A stretch of 64,000 nucleotides of DNA from Bacteroidales bacterium (GCA_020201035.1 JAIVHO010000038.1:72165-136164); one strand, 5' to 3'; shown: positions 17,762 to 28,074, counted from the stretch's first letter. Notes: generated from the letters alone by a model not told the origin. Translations and numbers: made by a program.

Positions 17762-18982
17762 ATGAGAGAAAATATAGCAAGGAATATAAGGACGGGTGAT
17801 TACCTCTATGATCTACCGGATGAAAAAATAGCCAGATACCCTCTTCAGGAGCGTGATCAATCAAAACTGCTGATCTTCCGTGACGGATTCATTGAAGATG
17901 ATATCTTCAAAAATATTGGAAGGCATCTTGGAAAAGGAACTACCCTGGTATTTAATAATACCCGTGTTATAAGGGCCAGACTTCTATTCAGAAAAGAGAC
18001 AGGAGCCTCGATTGAGATTTTCTGCCTTGAACCCTTTGACCCCTCAGACTACCAGCTCTCACTTACATCCGCTAACAGTTGCAGCTGGATTTGCCTTGTC
18101 GGGAACAGCAAAAAGTGGAAACAGGGAAGTGTCACCATGAATCTGCTGTATAAAGGAGAAATTGTAAAAGTTTCGGCGGAGAGATTAAACGATGTTAATG
18201 ATGGCAACACTATCAGGTTCAGCTGGGAGCATAAAACCCTGACTATGGCGGAGATACTTGAGGGGGGGGGCCATATTCCGGTACCACCGTATCTGGGCAG
18301 GGATGACGAGGCAATTGATACCATAAGGTACCAGACCGTCTATTCAGAAACAGATGGCTCAGTTGCCGCACCTACGGCCGGACTCCATTTCACGGAGAGT
18401 CTGATTGATGATCTGATGGCATCAGGAATAAAAAGAGATTATATTACACTCCATGTTGGAGCGGGCACTTTTGTGCCGGTTAAAACTGAAACCATCGGCG
18501 GACATGAAATGCATACGGAACATTTTTCCGTTACCCGCACCACAATTCAAAACCTTCTTTCAGGCAGAGTGATTGCAGTCGGTACAACAACTGTCAGAAC
18601 TCTGGAATCAATCTACTGGCTTGGTGTTATGCTTCTTGAATCAGATAACCTTCCTGACCAGCTTCCCTCAGTATCCCAATGGATACCATATCAGGAGCAT
18701 AAAAGGGAGTACTCTGTACAGGAAGCAATAGGTGCTCTTGAGAGCTATATGGAGCTAAAGAGGTATGAATCAGCCCATACATCAACATCAGTAATCATTG
18801 TGCCTGGCTACAGATTCAGAATTGTCAAAGGTGTTATTACCAATTACCACATGCCAGGAAGCACTTTGCTGCTGCTGGTTTCTGCCCTCGTTGGAGATTC
18901 ATGGCGATCAGTTTACGATCATGCACTCGACAATAATTACAGATTCCTCAGCTACGGAGACAGCTCCCTGCTGCTACCCTGA
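17762..18982 (+). CDS. queA: S-adenosylmethionine:tRNA ribosyltransferase-isomerase
   Basis: YDLPDEKIARYPLQERDQSKLL, VFNNTRVI, PPY, YQTVY, AAPTAGLHF, VGTTTVRTLES, FLSYGD. The track ORF starts at 17627 inside the repeat array. The ATG at 17762 gives the family-typical N-terminus. Confidence 0.85.
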   Translation: MRENIARNIRTGDYLYDLPDEKIARYPLQERDQSKLLIFRDGFIEDDIFKNIGRHLGKGTTLVFNNTRVIRARLLFRKETGASIEIFCLEPFDPSDYQLSLTSANSCSWICLVGNSKKWKQGSVTMNLLYKGEIVKVSAERLNDVNDGNTIRFSWEHKTLTMAEILEGGGHIPVPPYLGRDDEAIDTIRYQTVYSETDGSVAAPTAGLHFTESLIDDLMASGIKRDYITLHVGAGTFVPVKTETIGGHEMHTEHFSVTRTTIQNLLSGRVIAVGTTTVRTLESIYWLGVMLLESDNLPDQLPSVSQWIPYQEHKREYSVQEAIGALESYMELKRYESAHTSTSVIIVPGYRFRIVKGVITNYHMPGSTLLLLVSALVGDSWRSVYDHALDNNYRFLSYGDSSLLLP

Positions 18983-19093
18983 GAGTCTGCAAGGCATGAT
19001 ATCTCCCTACACAGATATCTGCTTACCTCTATCACAGGTAAAACAGGATGGCGGTCAGTACGGACTGACCCAGATTACCTGGGGTGTCAGGAG

Positions 19094-20140
19094 TTATTTG
19101 AATTCAGCCATTAATTTCTCCAGTAGTCTGGTAAACCCGGTTATATCACTCTCCCTTGTATCCCAGGAAGTCATCAATCGGTATTCTGATGAGGCCTCAT
19201 TCCAGGGATAAAAGAAATAGTGTTCTCTCAGCTTATCAGCAACAGGGTGAGGGATAGTGACAAAAACACCATTTGACTCCACCTGCTGGGTAAGAGCAAT
19301 ACCGGGTATGCCGATTATTTTCTCAGCCAGAATATCTGCCATTGAGTTGGCATGAGCTGCATTTCTCAACCACAGATCATTTCGGAAGTAGGCAATAAAC
19401 TGTGCTGAAATAAACCTCATCTTGGATGCAAGCTGCATTCCCTGCTTTCTTATATACTTAAAATCATCTGTGAGTCCAGGTTTCAGAAAACAGATCGCCT
19501 CGCCATACATCAACCCGTTTTTTGTACCGCCGAAAGAGAGCAGATCAACACCAGCATCGGAAGTGAATTCCCTGAAAGGGACATCCAGTGCCGCCGCTGC
19601 ATTGGCAAGCCTGGCACCGTCCATATGCAGCAGCATATCATTCTTATGTACAAATTCCGCCAGTTCAGATATCTCTGCCGGAGTGTAGAGCGTCCCCATC
19701 TCTGTGACCTGGGTTATTGAAACCACCCTGGGCTGACTGTGATGTTCAAAACCGATACCATGAAGATGCTTTGAAATCATTCCGGCATCTATTTTTCCGT
19801 CTGTAGTATCAACAGTCAGCACCTTGCACCCTGTAAATTTTTCTGCCGCACCACACTCATCCTGCTCTATATGTGCCGAGGAGGCCATTATTACTGAATT
19901 CCACGGACGCATTATCCCCGTAAGACCTATTACATTTGCAGCCGTGCCGTTGAAAACAAAAAATATTTCAGTCTCATGCCCAAGTATTATCCTGAAAAGT
20001 TCCTCTGCCTCCCTTGTATAACGATCAGCCCCATATCCCACAGTATGACCCTCATTAACCCGCTGCATCTCCTTAAGTATATCGGGATGAACACCTGCAT
20101 TGTTGTCGCTTGCAAAACCCCGCTTAGTTTTTAAATCCAT
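19094..20140 (-). CDS. threonine aldolase family / beta-eliminating lyase (PLP-dependent)
   Basis: 348 aa with N-terminal FASDNNAGVHP and the PLP-lysine context SFGGTKNG. Confidence 0.7.
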   Translation of the reverse strand: MDLKTKRGFASDNNAGVHPDILKEMQRVNEGHTVGYGADRYTREAEELFRIILGHETEIFFVFNGTAANVIGLTGIMRPWNSVIMASSAHIEQDECGAAEKFTGCKVLTVDTTDGKIDAGMISKHLHGIGFEHHSQPRVVSITQVTEMGTLYTPAEISELAEFVHKNDMLLHMDGARLANAAAALDVPFREFTSDAGVDLLSFGGTKNGLMYGEAICFLKPGLTDDFKYIRKQGMQLASKMRFISAQFIAYFRNDLWLRNAAHANSMADILAEKIIGIPGIALTQQVESNGVFVTIPHPVADKLREHYFFYPWNEASSEYRLMTSWDTRESDITGFTRLLEKLMAEFK

Positions 20141-20315
20141 ATAAATTGAATTAATAGTGATCAGGTAAAGATATTCTTCTATTTTTCCTCTCCGAAACAG
20201 AACTTATTATTTAGACTGTTTCCAAATATAATCAGAACAAAACAACCTTTTCAATAAATATTAAATTTGCTGGTAAATAAGCCTGTCAGCTTGAACATTT
20301 AAATCCAATAATCCT

Positions 20316-21959
20316 ATGAGCGGAAATTTTGCCACTATTGATTACCTGATATTTGCAATTTATGCTGTAACCATTATCGGGCTTGGACTCTGGGTCTCAA
20401 GAAAAAAGAAGGGTGTGGAACGAAGCGCCGAGGACTACTTTCTGGCCGGTAAGGCACTCCCCTGGTGGGCGATTGGCGCATCCCTGATCGCTGCCAATAT
20501 AAGTGCCGAGCAGATTATAGGCATGTCTGGATCCGGGTTTGCGGGCGGACTGGCAATTGCCACATACGAATGGATGGCAGCGGCAACACTTATTATTGTC
20601 GGGAAATATTTCCTTCCGGTCTTTATAAACAAGGGCATATACACAATTCCCGAATTCGTGGAGAAGCGATATAATACCTCGCTGAAAACGATCCTTGCAG
20701 TATTCTGGATAGCACTATTTGTATTTGTGAACCTAACCTCCGTTATGTTCCTCGGGGCAAAAGCCCTTGATACCATAATAGGTAACGGCGACGGTTCACT
20801 TATCATCTGGATGGTTATTGCACTGGCCTTTGTTGCAGCCGCATATTCACTCTACGGAGGTCTTGGAGCAGTAGCATGGACAGATATTATACAGGTTGTG
20901 CTGCTTGTTATGGGAGGCGTAATAACAACAATGATTGCACTAAACAAAGTAACACCCGAGGGTGGAATAGGCAATGGGATATCCCATCTGTTTGATGCTG
21001 CAGGAGATAAGTTACATATGATTCTTAAAAAGGATAATCCTGAATTCTCCAATCTTCCGGGTATCGGGACCCTGATAGGGGGCATGTGGATTGCCAACCT
21101 CTACTACTGGGGATTCAATCAGTATATTATTCAAAGAACACTGGCAGCCAAATCACTTAAGGAGGCACAGAGGGGAATTGCTTTTGCTGCATTTCTGAAG
21201 CTTATTATTCCTCTTTTCGTGGTTGTTCCGGGGATTCTGGTATACCTTATGTATACCCAGCCTGAAGGAACCGCAATTATACCCGGTGTACAGGAGGTGT
21301 TCCTGAATGCCGATGGCTCAACTAATTATGACAAGGCCTATCCGTGGCTTATAGGAAGTTTTGTACCCACCGGATTAAAAGGACTTGTTGTTGCTGCCCT
21401 TGCCGCTGCAATAGTATCATCGCTTGCATCAATGCTTAATTCAACAGCCACAATATTCACCATGGATATCTATCGTCCCTATTTTAACAGGACAGCCACC
21501 AACAAACAGATTGTAAGGGTAGGACGCATTTCAGCATTTGCAGCTCTTATTATTGCAGTAATATCGACCCGTTTCCTTGACGGACTGCCCCAGGTGTTCC
21601 AGTATATACAGGAGTATACCGGCGTTGTAAGTCCGGGTATACTGGCAATATTCATTATGGGTCTCTTCTGGAAAAAAGCTAATGCAAGGGGAGCAATTAC
21701 AGGGGCAATAGCCTCCATCCCGATAGCTCTGTTTCTCAAACTTTCAATAGTTGACCTTCCCTTTATGGACCAGATGCTTTATACATGTATCATCACAATG
21801 GTTATCATTATGGGAGTTAGCCTTTCAACGGGCAAGGAGGGTGATGATCCCAAAGGGATTGATCTAAACTCATCCATGTTCAGGACGGGCAGGAATTTCA
21901 ATATTTCAGCCTATATTATACTTATAATACTGGCTTTCCTTTATACATTCTTCTGGTAA
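20316..21959 (+). CDS. sodium:solute symporter (SSF/SGLT family)
   Basis: 547 aa and about 13-14 TM helices. Motifs include DYFLAGKALPWWAIGASLIAANISAEQ and the SGLT-like GFNQYIIQR. Confidence 0.85.
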   Translation: MSGNFATIDYLIFAIYAVTIIGLGLWVSRKKKGVERSAEDYFLAGKALPWWAIGASLIAANISAEQIIGMSGSGFAGGLAIATYEWMAAATLIIVGKYFLPVFINKGIYTIPEFVEKRYNTSLKTILAVFWIALFVFVNLTSVMFLGAKALDTIIGNGDGSLIIWMVIALAFVAAAYSLYGGLGAVAWTDIIQVVLLVMGGVITTMIALNKVTPEGGIGNGISHLFDAAGDKLHMILKKDNPEFSNLPGIGTLIGGMWIANLYYWGFNQYIIQRTLAAKSLKEAQRGIAFAAFLKLIIPLFVVVPGILVYLMYTQPEGTAIIPGVQEVFLNADGSTNYDKAYPWLIGSFVPTGLKGLVVAALAAAIVSSLASMLNSTATIFTMDIYRPYFNRTATNKQIVRVGRISAFAALIIAVISTRFLDGLPQVFQYIQEYTGVVSPGILAIFIMGLFWKKANARGAITGAIASIPIALFLKLSIVDLPFMDQMLYTCIITMVIIMGVSLSTGKEGDDPKGIDLNSSMFRTGRNFNISAYIILIILAFLYTFFW

Positions 21960-21962
21960 GAT

Positions 21963-22748
21963 GTGATCATCCATGGCAATGAAATAGAACTTTACAGGTA
22001 CTTTATCTATATATCCTACCTGGGTACAAACTACAGGGGATGGCAGGTACAGCCGGGGAAGCCAACGGTTCAGAGAGTTGTTGAAAATGCGCTCTCTGTC
22101 ATCCTTCAGGAGAGTATCGCCGTTACCGGTGCAGGACGGACTGATACAGGGGTACATGCTGCGAATTTTGTTGCCCATTTTGATTCACGGAAGGATGATC
22201 TTGCCACGAGGCAGAATATCCTTTTCCGTCTGAACAGATTCTTGCCGGCAGATATTGCTGCAGAGAGAATTATTGCGGTTAAACCTGACTCACATGCACG
22301 ATTCGATGCTCTCTCACGTACCTATGAATACACTATTTCAATCAGGAAAGATCCCTTTCTTACCGGAAGAGCGTGGATGCGACACGGAACCCTCGATATT
22401 GAAAAGATGAATCAGGCATGCACCTGTATGATGGAGTACCGCGATTTTACCAGTTTCAGCAAACTACATACCGATGTAAAAACGAATAACTGTGTTATCT
22501 CAGAAGCCGGATGGAGACGTGAAAAGAGCCTGCTGATATTCAGAATAACTGCCGACAGGTTTCTGCGCAATATGGTAAGAGCCATAACGGGCACCATGGT
22601 GGATATAGGAAGCGGATTAATGGAGCCAGAGGGTATAAGGGTAATAATAGAGGCGAAGGATAGATCTAAAGCGGGAAAATCAGCTGTTGCGGACGGACTG
22701 GTGCTCAAATCAATTGAGTATCCTGAATCCCTGTTCACTGCTCATTGA
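21963..22748 (+). CDS. truA: tRNA pseudouridine(38-40) synthase
   Basis: YFIYISYLGTNYRGWQVQ and the catalytic GAGRTDTGVHA. The start is GTG, with no in-frame ATG nearby. Confidence 0.85.
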   Translation: MIIHGNEIELYRYFIYISYLGTNYRGWQVQPGKPTVQRVVENALSVILQESIAVTGAGRTDTGVHAANFVAHFDSRKDDLATRQNILFRLNRFLPADIAAERIIAVKPDSHARFDALSRTYEYTISIRKDPFLTGRAWMRHGTLDIEKMNQACTCMMEYRDFTSFSKLHTDVKTNNCVISEAGWRREKSLLIFRITADRFLRNMVRAITGTMVDIGSGLMEPEGIRVIIEAKDRSKAGKSAVADGLVLKSIEYPESLFTAH

Positions 22749-23484
22749 GTCCGGACCAGATCCCCCACCCTGCCTCTGCCTGCAACAGCAGCATATCCAG
22801 ACCGTTCAGGGTCCGGCACCCGGCCTCCTTACCCCTTTTCAGAAAAAGAGTTTCAGCAGGATTATAGATAAGATCGTAAAGAGTCTGACCCCACCGAAGT
22901 CTCTGATACGGAAATGGCAGTTCAGCATCTGTATCCGGATACATTCCCACAGGTGTACAGTTAACAACCATATCAAAGCCGGCAATATCATAATCCGCAA
23001 GCATCTCCCATCCCAGCTGATCGCCTGACGGATTCCGGGAAACCATCTGCACATGGCAACCTCCTCTTCTTAAAGCGTAACAGACAGCCCTGGCAGATCC
23101 GCCTGTACCAAGGGCAAGGGCCCTGGAAGGCATCCTGACACCATTTTGCACCAGAGAAGCAGCAAAACCGCGATGATCGGTATTATAACCTTTAAGCAGA
23201 ATATCCGTCCCCCCACCTGTGACTGTAACCAGATTGACCGCCCCAATGGCTTCAGCCTCATTATCCAGCTGATCAAGGAAAGGGATAATTGATTCCTTAT
23301 GAGGTATTGTAACGTTAAAACCCGAGAGATCTTCCCCTATTGCAAGTCTCCGTACCTCAGCGGGATCCCTGAGCGGATAGTTACGATAGATTACCTCTAT
23401 CCCTGATGATCTGAATTTATCATTAAACCATCTCTCAGAAAATGAGTGTGAAAGCGGAAACCCTACCAGACCATATCGTCTCAT
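22735..23484 (-). CDS. aroE: shikimate 5-dehydrogenase
   Basis: YGLVGFPLSHSFSERWFNDKF, NVTIPHK, GYNTD and LGTGGSARA are AroE hallmarks. Confidence 0.85.
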   Translation of the reverse strand: MRRYGLVGFPLSHSFSERWFNDKFRSSGIEVIYRNYPLRDPAEVRRLAIGEDLSGFNVTIPHKESIIPFLDQLDNEAEAIGAVNLVTVTGGGTDILLKGYNTDHRGFAASLVQNGVRMPSRALALGTGGSARAVCYALRRGGCHVQMVSRNPSGDQLGWEMLADYDIAGFDMVVNCTPVGMYPDTDAELPFPYQRLRWGQTLYDLIYNPAETLFLKRGKEAGCRTLNGLDMLLLQAEAGWGIWSGLNEQ

Positions 23485-23490
23485 GGCAGA

Positions 23491-24426
23491 TTATTTTTCA
23501 GGGGAAAAACGGTCAAGCACAATGACAAGCATGGCTCCTGCAGCAAACAGCAGCAATGCAGAAAAGAGATGCGGATCATGGCCCGTTAACTCCAGATAAG
23601 ACCCAGGGAAAATATTTCTTTCAACAACCGGAATTACTCCGCCATGAGTGTCATAAACTGCTGAAACCGTCTCTTTCCATGGCCACAGTTTGTTGAGTGA
23701 CCCGATAATAAACCCGGACAGTACTGCAACTGTAACTTCATAATATCTTCTCAGCAACCATGACAGCATATTGGCAAATGAGAGTAGTCCTGTTACCACT
23801 CCTGCACCAAATACCATCAACACCTTAATATCAAAAGAAGAGACTGCCTGCAGAATAAATTGGTATTTTCCAAGAATCAGCAGAATAAATGCTCCTGAGA
23901 TACCCGGCAGAATCATTGCACATATTGCAATGGCGCCCGAAAAAAATATAAACCAGAGGGCTTCAGTAGTCTCTGCAGGGGTTACCATTGTTATGGCAAC
24001 CATTACCACTATTCCCGTCAAAAAGGAAAATATCACCCTTTTGCTCCACCCCCCTGTCCTCTTAAGAACAACAAAACCGGATACCACAACCAATCCGCAG
24101 AAAAATGACCACACCATAATGGGATATTGCTGAAGCAGATACTCCATTAAACGGGCTATGGAAAATATGCTCAGCAGTATACCTGAAAAGAGTATTACAA
24201 GAAAAGTGCCGTTGATTCTTTTCCAGAAACCCCTGATTTCACCCCTGAACAACTCTCTCAGGGCTCCTTTGCTGAATGAACTAAGCGACTCAATCAACTC
24301 AGCGTAGATTCCGGTAATAAAGGCAATTGTACCGCCTGACACTCCGGGAACTACATCGGCAGCACCCATCGCCATGCCTTTAAGGAAAAGAAGTATATAT
24401 GAAAATAATGCTGTCAGACCTCTCAT
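23491..24426 (-). CDS. DUF368 family membrane protein (family recently linked to undecaprenyl-phosphate translocation)
   Basis: 311 aa, polytopic. The motif GVSGGTIAFITGIY is repeated as PGISGAFILLILG, typical of DUF368. Its ATG overlaps the stop of the upstream gene (ATGA at 24423-24426). Confidence 0.8.
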   Translation of the reverse strand: MRGLTALFSYILLFLKGMAMGAADVVPGVSGGTIAFITGIYAELIESLSSFSKGALRELFRGEIRGFWKRINGTFLVILFSGILLSIFSIARLMEYLLQQYPIMVWSFFCGLVVVSGFVVLKRTGGWSKRVIFSFLTGIVVMVAITMVTPAETTEALWFIFFSGAIAICAMILPGISGAFILLILGKYQFILQAVSSFDIKVLMVFGAGVVTGLLSFANMLSWLLRRYYEVTVAVLSGFIIGSLNKLWPWKETVSAVYDTHGGVIPVVERNIFPGSYLELTGHDPHLFSALLLFAAGAMLVIVLDRFSPEK

Positions 24427-25196
24427 TTACCGATGTTTTCAGGCAGAAACTGAAAAAAGGTATCTCCCCTGAGACCGTTTCTGAGAGCCTCGAGTGCGAT
24501 CACCTCTGACGGAGCTATATTTCCCAGATTCACGTTTGCTCCAAACTCCCTGATAAACCATACCTGCTGTGATTTCAGCGGTGCCTCCCATATGACTGAG
24601 TCGAGTCCTATATTACCTGCTATCATACCAATAAGCTCATAATTGGCAGAGCCATCATCATTATAGATACCGGTTGTTCCGCTCTCCCTGGCTTCGGCAA
24701 TCACCTTTACTGATCCCGCCTGCAGTTCAGATTCCATCATTCTTACCCACTCTTCAGGCCTGTATATTACATCCTTCTTTTTGGAGCCAACCTCAGACAA
24801 CACTTTATAACTGACAGACAGTCTTCTTATATAGTCCAGCTTAAGGTCATGGTCAAACTCATAGGAACCATCAGATATCTCAACCATGGCAACTCCAAAC
24901 TTCTCCAGTATCCGGAGGTAGTCATCAAAGGCATTCCGTATAATACATGCTTCAAAGAGTGTACCCCCGAGGTAAACATCAATCCCGGCATTCCTGTAGA
25001 CACCTATTTTCTCCTCCACCCCCGGAGTAAGCAGCGATGTTCCAAAACCCAGCTTTACATAGTCAGCATAATCGCCTGATACAGAAACCAGATCCTCAGC
25101 TTCCCTGATGCTCAAACCCTTATCCATAACCATTGTAATACCACTCATCCGTGGTTTGACAGTGCGTTCCGGCATGTCAGGCAAAGAATAATTCAT
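24423..25196 (-). CDS. (2R)-phospho-3-sulfolactate synthase family protein (ComA-like)
   Basis: 257 aa. PERTVKPRMSGITMVMDKGL...YVKLGFGTS...EISDG matches the ComA (PF02679) family as I recall it. Confidence 0.75.
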   Translation of the reverse strand: MNYSLPDMPERTVKPRMSGITMVMDKGLSIREAEDLVSVSGDYADYVKLGFGTSLLTPGVEEKIGVYRNAGIDVYLGGTLFEACIIRNAFDDYLRILEKFGVAMVEISDGSYEFDHDLKLDYIRRLSVSYKVLSEVGSKKKDVIYRPEEWVRMMESELQAGSVKVIAEARESGTTGIYNDDGSANYELIGMIAGNIGLDSVIWEAPLKSQQVWFIREFGANVNLGNIAPSEVIALEALRNGLRGDTFFQFLPENIGK

Positions 25197-25205
25197 AATC
25201 CTGTC

Positions 25206-26612
25206 TTAAATTGCTTTCTTGTCAATCAATTTCCTGATACTCCCCGTCCGCATTGAAACAGGTATAAGTTCCGAAAAGAAATCCCACTCTTCAGGTGCTG
25301 AATCAAGTGCAGCACTAAGATGCTTTTCAGCCATGCTCCTGTTACCGGACCAGAGATAGGCAGATGCAAGAATAAACTGCAGCCCGTGAACATCTCCAAC
25401 CATTCGCAGTGTCCTGTTGAGCAACGGGATAATTTTAGTGTAATACTTTCCGGCAATAATAATATCTCCAAGGTCTCTCCATGCATCATCGTAGAAGGGA
25501 TCACACCTGAGAGCTTCAATATAGGCCCTTGCTGCATTCAGCGAATCACCGTGCCGGTATTCACTTTTCCCCATAAAGTACCAGTATTCAGGATTTGTTC
25601 CTTCAAGAGATACAGCCCTGGTAAAGTAGTGCAGGGCCTCACTGTTGTTATCAAGGCTCAGTTCCACCATCCCGAGTCCGAACCACGGCTCCGGATACTC
25701 CGTATCCTGCTCTATCGCCAGATTGTAATATTTACGTGCCATATCCTTATCACCAAGCTTATCATAACACTCCGCAGCATAAGCCATGGCTTCAGAACTC
25801 TCCTCCTCCAGTTCAAGATACTCAAGATAGGCATCCAGCGCCTTTTCATACTCTCCCTTGTAACTGTACAGATTTCCCTTGTTGAAAAGGGCAAAAAAGT
25901 TTTCAGGATTAAGTGCGAGCGCAAATTCATAGCACTCCAGAGCCTTATCATTCCTGTCCAGTTTATTATGGATCACGCCAAGGTTATACCATGCCGGATC
26001 AAAGAAGGGATCTCTGTCAAGAAAAAGATTGTAATACTCTATACTCTTGTCATAATTAAGTATCTTCTCATAAGCAAAAGCTATATCATAAAGATGAAAA
26101 GGCACATCTGGTTCCATCTCGCTGAGCCGCATCAGATAAGGAAGCAGTAGGTCATAATGATTGAGATTCTGCAGGATGGAGGTTATGCTTGCCAGAATAT
26201 TGGGCTCATCATCAGGATCCAAGGAGAGGGCAAGATCAAAATTCCGCCGTGTTCCCTGTATATCTCCCATCATGCCAAGTGAAGCTCCCTTGATAATAAA
26301 AACCTCGTAATTATCAGGCTCAATATTTTCCAGGAACCTGACTATACGAAGCGATTCCATTGCACGTCCCCTGTCAATCAACACCTTCGCTTTGCGCAAC
26401 TGAAGGGATACCGATCCCGGATGCTGTCTGGATGCTGTCTCTGCTGCATCAAATGCAAAGGAGACATCATTATTCTCAAGATAGTAATCTATAATTGTCT
26501 CAAATTCGGATACATCAAAAAAATAAGAAGCCTTCTTTTTCTGCATATCTTCAAAGCGCTTCACTATACCTGCTGCCTCCTCCTCCGGATAACCAAACTT
26601 TTCCTCTTCCAT
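25206..26612 (-). CDS. tetratricopeptide (TPR) repeat protein
   Basis: 468 aa with many 34-residue repeats following the W/Y-x-G-x-A-Y pattern (AWYNLGVIHNKL, ALFNKGNLYSYKGEYEKALDAY, and others). Confidence 0.8.
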   Translation of the reverse strand: MEEEKFGYPEEEAAGIVKRFEDMQKKKASYFFDVSEFETIIDYYLENNDVSFAFDAAETASRQHPGSVSLQLRKAKVLIDRGRAMESLRIVRFLENIEPDNYEVFIIKGASLGMMGDIQGTRRNFDLALSLDPDDEPNILASITSILQNLNHYDLLLPYLMRLSEMEPDVPFHLYDIAFAYEKILNYDKSIEYYNLFLDRDPFFDPAWYNLGVIHNKLDRNDKALECYEFALALNPENFFALFNKGNLYSYKGEYEKALDAYLEYLELEEESSEAMAYAAECYDKLGDKDMARKYYNLAIEQDTEYPEPWFGLGMVELSLDNNSEALHYFTRAVSLEGTNPEYWYFMGKSEYRHGDSLNAARAYIEALRCDPFYDDAWRDLGDIIIAGKYYTKIIPLLNRTLRMVGDVHGLQFILASAYLWSGNRSMAEKHLSAALDSAPEEWDFFSELIPVSMRTGSIRKLIDKKAI

Positions 26613-26875
26613 AAATTGGGTATATGGTGCAAAAGTAGGATAAATATCTGTGGATACAATTTACGGGAGCTCAATTTTTCAACACCCCTATCATACTTAT
26701 AAACAATGTATTTAGGTGATATCAGCAGCTGAAAAAATGTAAAAGTTATCAAAAAAACTCTATTCAACGCAACCTTTTTACTCTCCCATACATCTTATGG
26801 GTGTAATTTATCGTTGACCTGAACAAAAGACTCATACCCTAAATTACCCTTATTTAACCTAAATTCTACCTTCAA

Positions 26876-26903
26876 AAGCCGGGATTCCCTCCCGGTTTTT
26901 TTT
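26876..26903 (+). terminator. orphan rho-independent terminator-like hairpin
   Basis: CCGGGA (26879-26884) pairs with TCCCGG (26890-26895) around a 5-nt loop, followed by T8 (26896-26903). There is no plus-strand gene upstream for about 4 kb. Confidence 0.55.
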
Positions 26904-26971
26904 GGCAAAATTTTTGATCTGAAATTGCGTTTACCTTTTATTATATATCAGTAACCAAAATATAAAGAATT

Positions 26972-27973
26972 ATGATCAGCAGGATAACTATTCTATTAAC
27001 TCTGGTATCAGTTCTTCTGATTACCGTTAACAGTGGTTGTATTGATGAAGGGCAGGAGATCAATTACGAGTACGGCACATTCCCAGAACAGGTTATCAAT
27101 CTGGAATCGATTAACACAGAATTTGATGACTATAATATGGATCTGCCGCGCATAAACTCCTCACTTCCATATATCTTCTCATCAAACCGGACCTCAGCAG
27201 GTGAAAATTTCAATCTGGTTTCGGCCAACATCTATTTTGTCTTTGACCAGGTGACTGGTGAGTTCACTGTTGACGGAGAGATGTACAGTGGTAATTTTTT
27301 CAGTGTTCTAATGAACCATTTCAATAATGAATATGACCAGCTGGGGCCCTACCGGTTTTTTAACAGCAAAAACGGGCTTGAATATTTCTTCGTTACTTCA
27401 GAGAACGAAGAGGGAGACCTGGATTTGCTCTTTACGCAGTACACTCCTCCATCCACCGACGGATATTCATTTATTCCTGATCCGGTTCCGGCCACCAGAC
27501 TGAATTCACTTGCTGACGATGCGTATATTTCCATAGACTGGGATGTTAATAATATCTATATCACGTCTGACAGGGATGGTGATTTCGATATTTACACCAT
27601 TGAGATTGACTATTCAACCAGCTTCCAGCAGTGGCTGACAGGTGATCCATCGGAGCTGATGGAAGCGGACAGCGTAAACAGCGACTATGACGACAAATGT
27701 CCCTACATCTTTAATAACTACATGATCTTTGCCTCCGATAAGCCGGGCGGACTTGGCGGTTTTGATCTGTACTACTCACAGTTTAAGGATGGCAAGTGGA
27801 ATAGTCCGGTCAACCTCGGACCCTCTATAAACAGCGAATATAATGAGTATCGCCCGGTAGTTGGCCTGGCAGGAAATTACACCAATAACTTTATGATTTT
27901 CAGCTCTGACAGACCCGGAGGAGAAGGAGGATATGACCTCTACTTTACCGGTATTACTCTGGAACAGGATTAA
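26972..27973 (+). CDS. lipoprotein with PD40/TolB-like beta-propeller repeats
   Basis: Lipobox VNSGC. Repeated blocks FASDKPGGLGGFDLYYS...WNSPVNLGPSINSEYNEYRP and FSSDRPGGEGGYDLYF are typical PD40 repeats. Confidence 0.65.
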   Translation: MISRITILLTLVSVLLITVNSGCIDEGQEINYEYGTFPEQVINLESINTEFDDYNMDLPRINSSLPYIFSSNRTSAGENFNLVSANIYFVFDQVTGEFTVDGEMYSGNFFSVLMNHFNNEYDQLGPYRFFNSKNGLEYFFVTSENEEGDLDLLFTQYTPPSTDGYSFIPDPVPATRLNSLADDAYISIDWDVNNIYITSDRDGDFDIYTIEIDYSTSFQQWLTGDPSELMEADSVNSDYDDKCPYIFNNYMIFASDKPGGLGGFDLYYSQFKDGKWNSPVNLGPSINSEYNEYRPVVGLAGNYTNNFMIFSSDRPGGEGGYDLYFTGITLEQD

Positions 27974-27992
27974 AGAGGATAAAAATCAAGAC

Positions 27993-28074
27993 CCTCTTTT
28001 ACTACAAAAGAGGATTCACAGCAAACTACTTCTCTTACTGAAAAAGAGGGTCAAAAACATTGACCCTCTTTTTT
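27993..28074 (+). terminator. two tandem hairpins after the PD40 gene; the second is a strong intrinsic terminator
   Basis: Hairpin 1: CCTCTTTT (27993-28000) with AAAAGAGG (28006-28013). Hairpin 2: AGAGGGTCA (28045-28053) with TGACCCTCT (28061-28069), followed by TTTTT. Confidence 0.7.

Noticed and set aside
17554-17864. ORFs 17554-17757 (+) and 17583-17864 (-), and the 45-codon N-terminal extension of queA from 17627
   Set aside because: All are produced by the stop-free 15-bp repeat, and their peptides are pure repeats (NRNSR, LFLLL, AGTGM). Only the PVPAI uORF is kept, and only as a speculative finding, because of its position ahead of the Smr gene.
25320-26150. 276-aa ORF antisense to the TPR gene
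   Set aside because: It is long, but the sequence is low-complexity (I/K/F/R-rich) with no motifs and lies wholly inside a well-supported TPR gene. Long antisense ORFs are a known by-product of the codon bias of repeat proteins.
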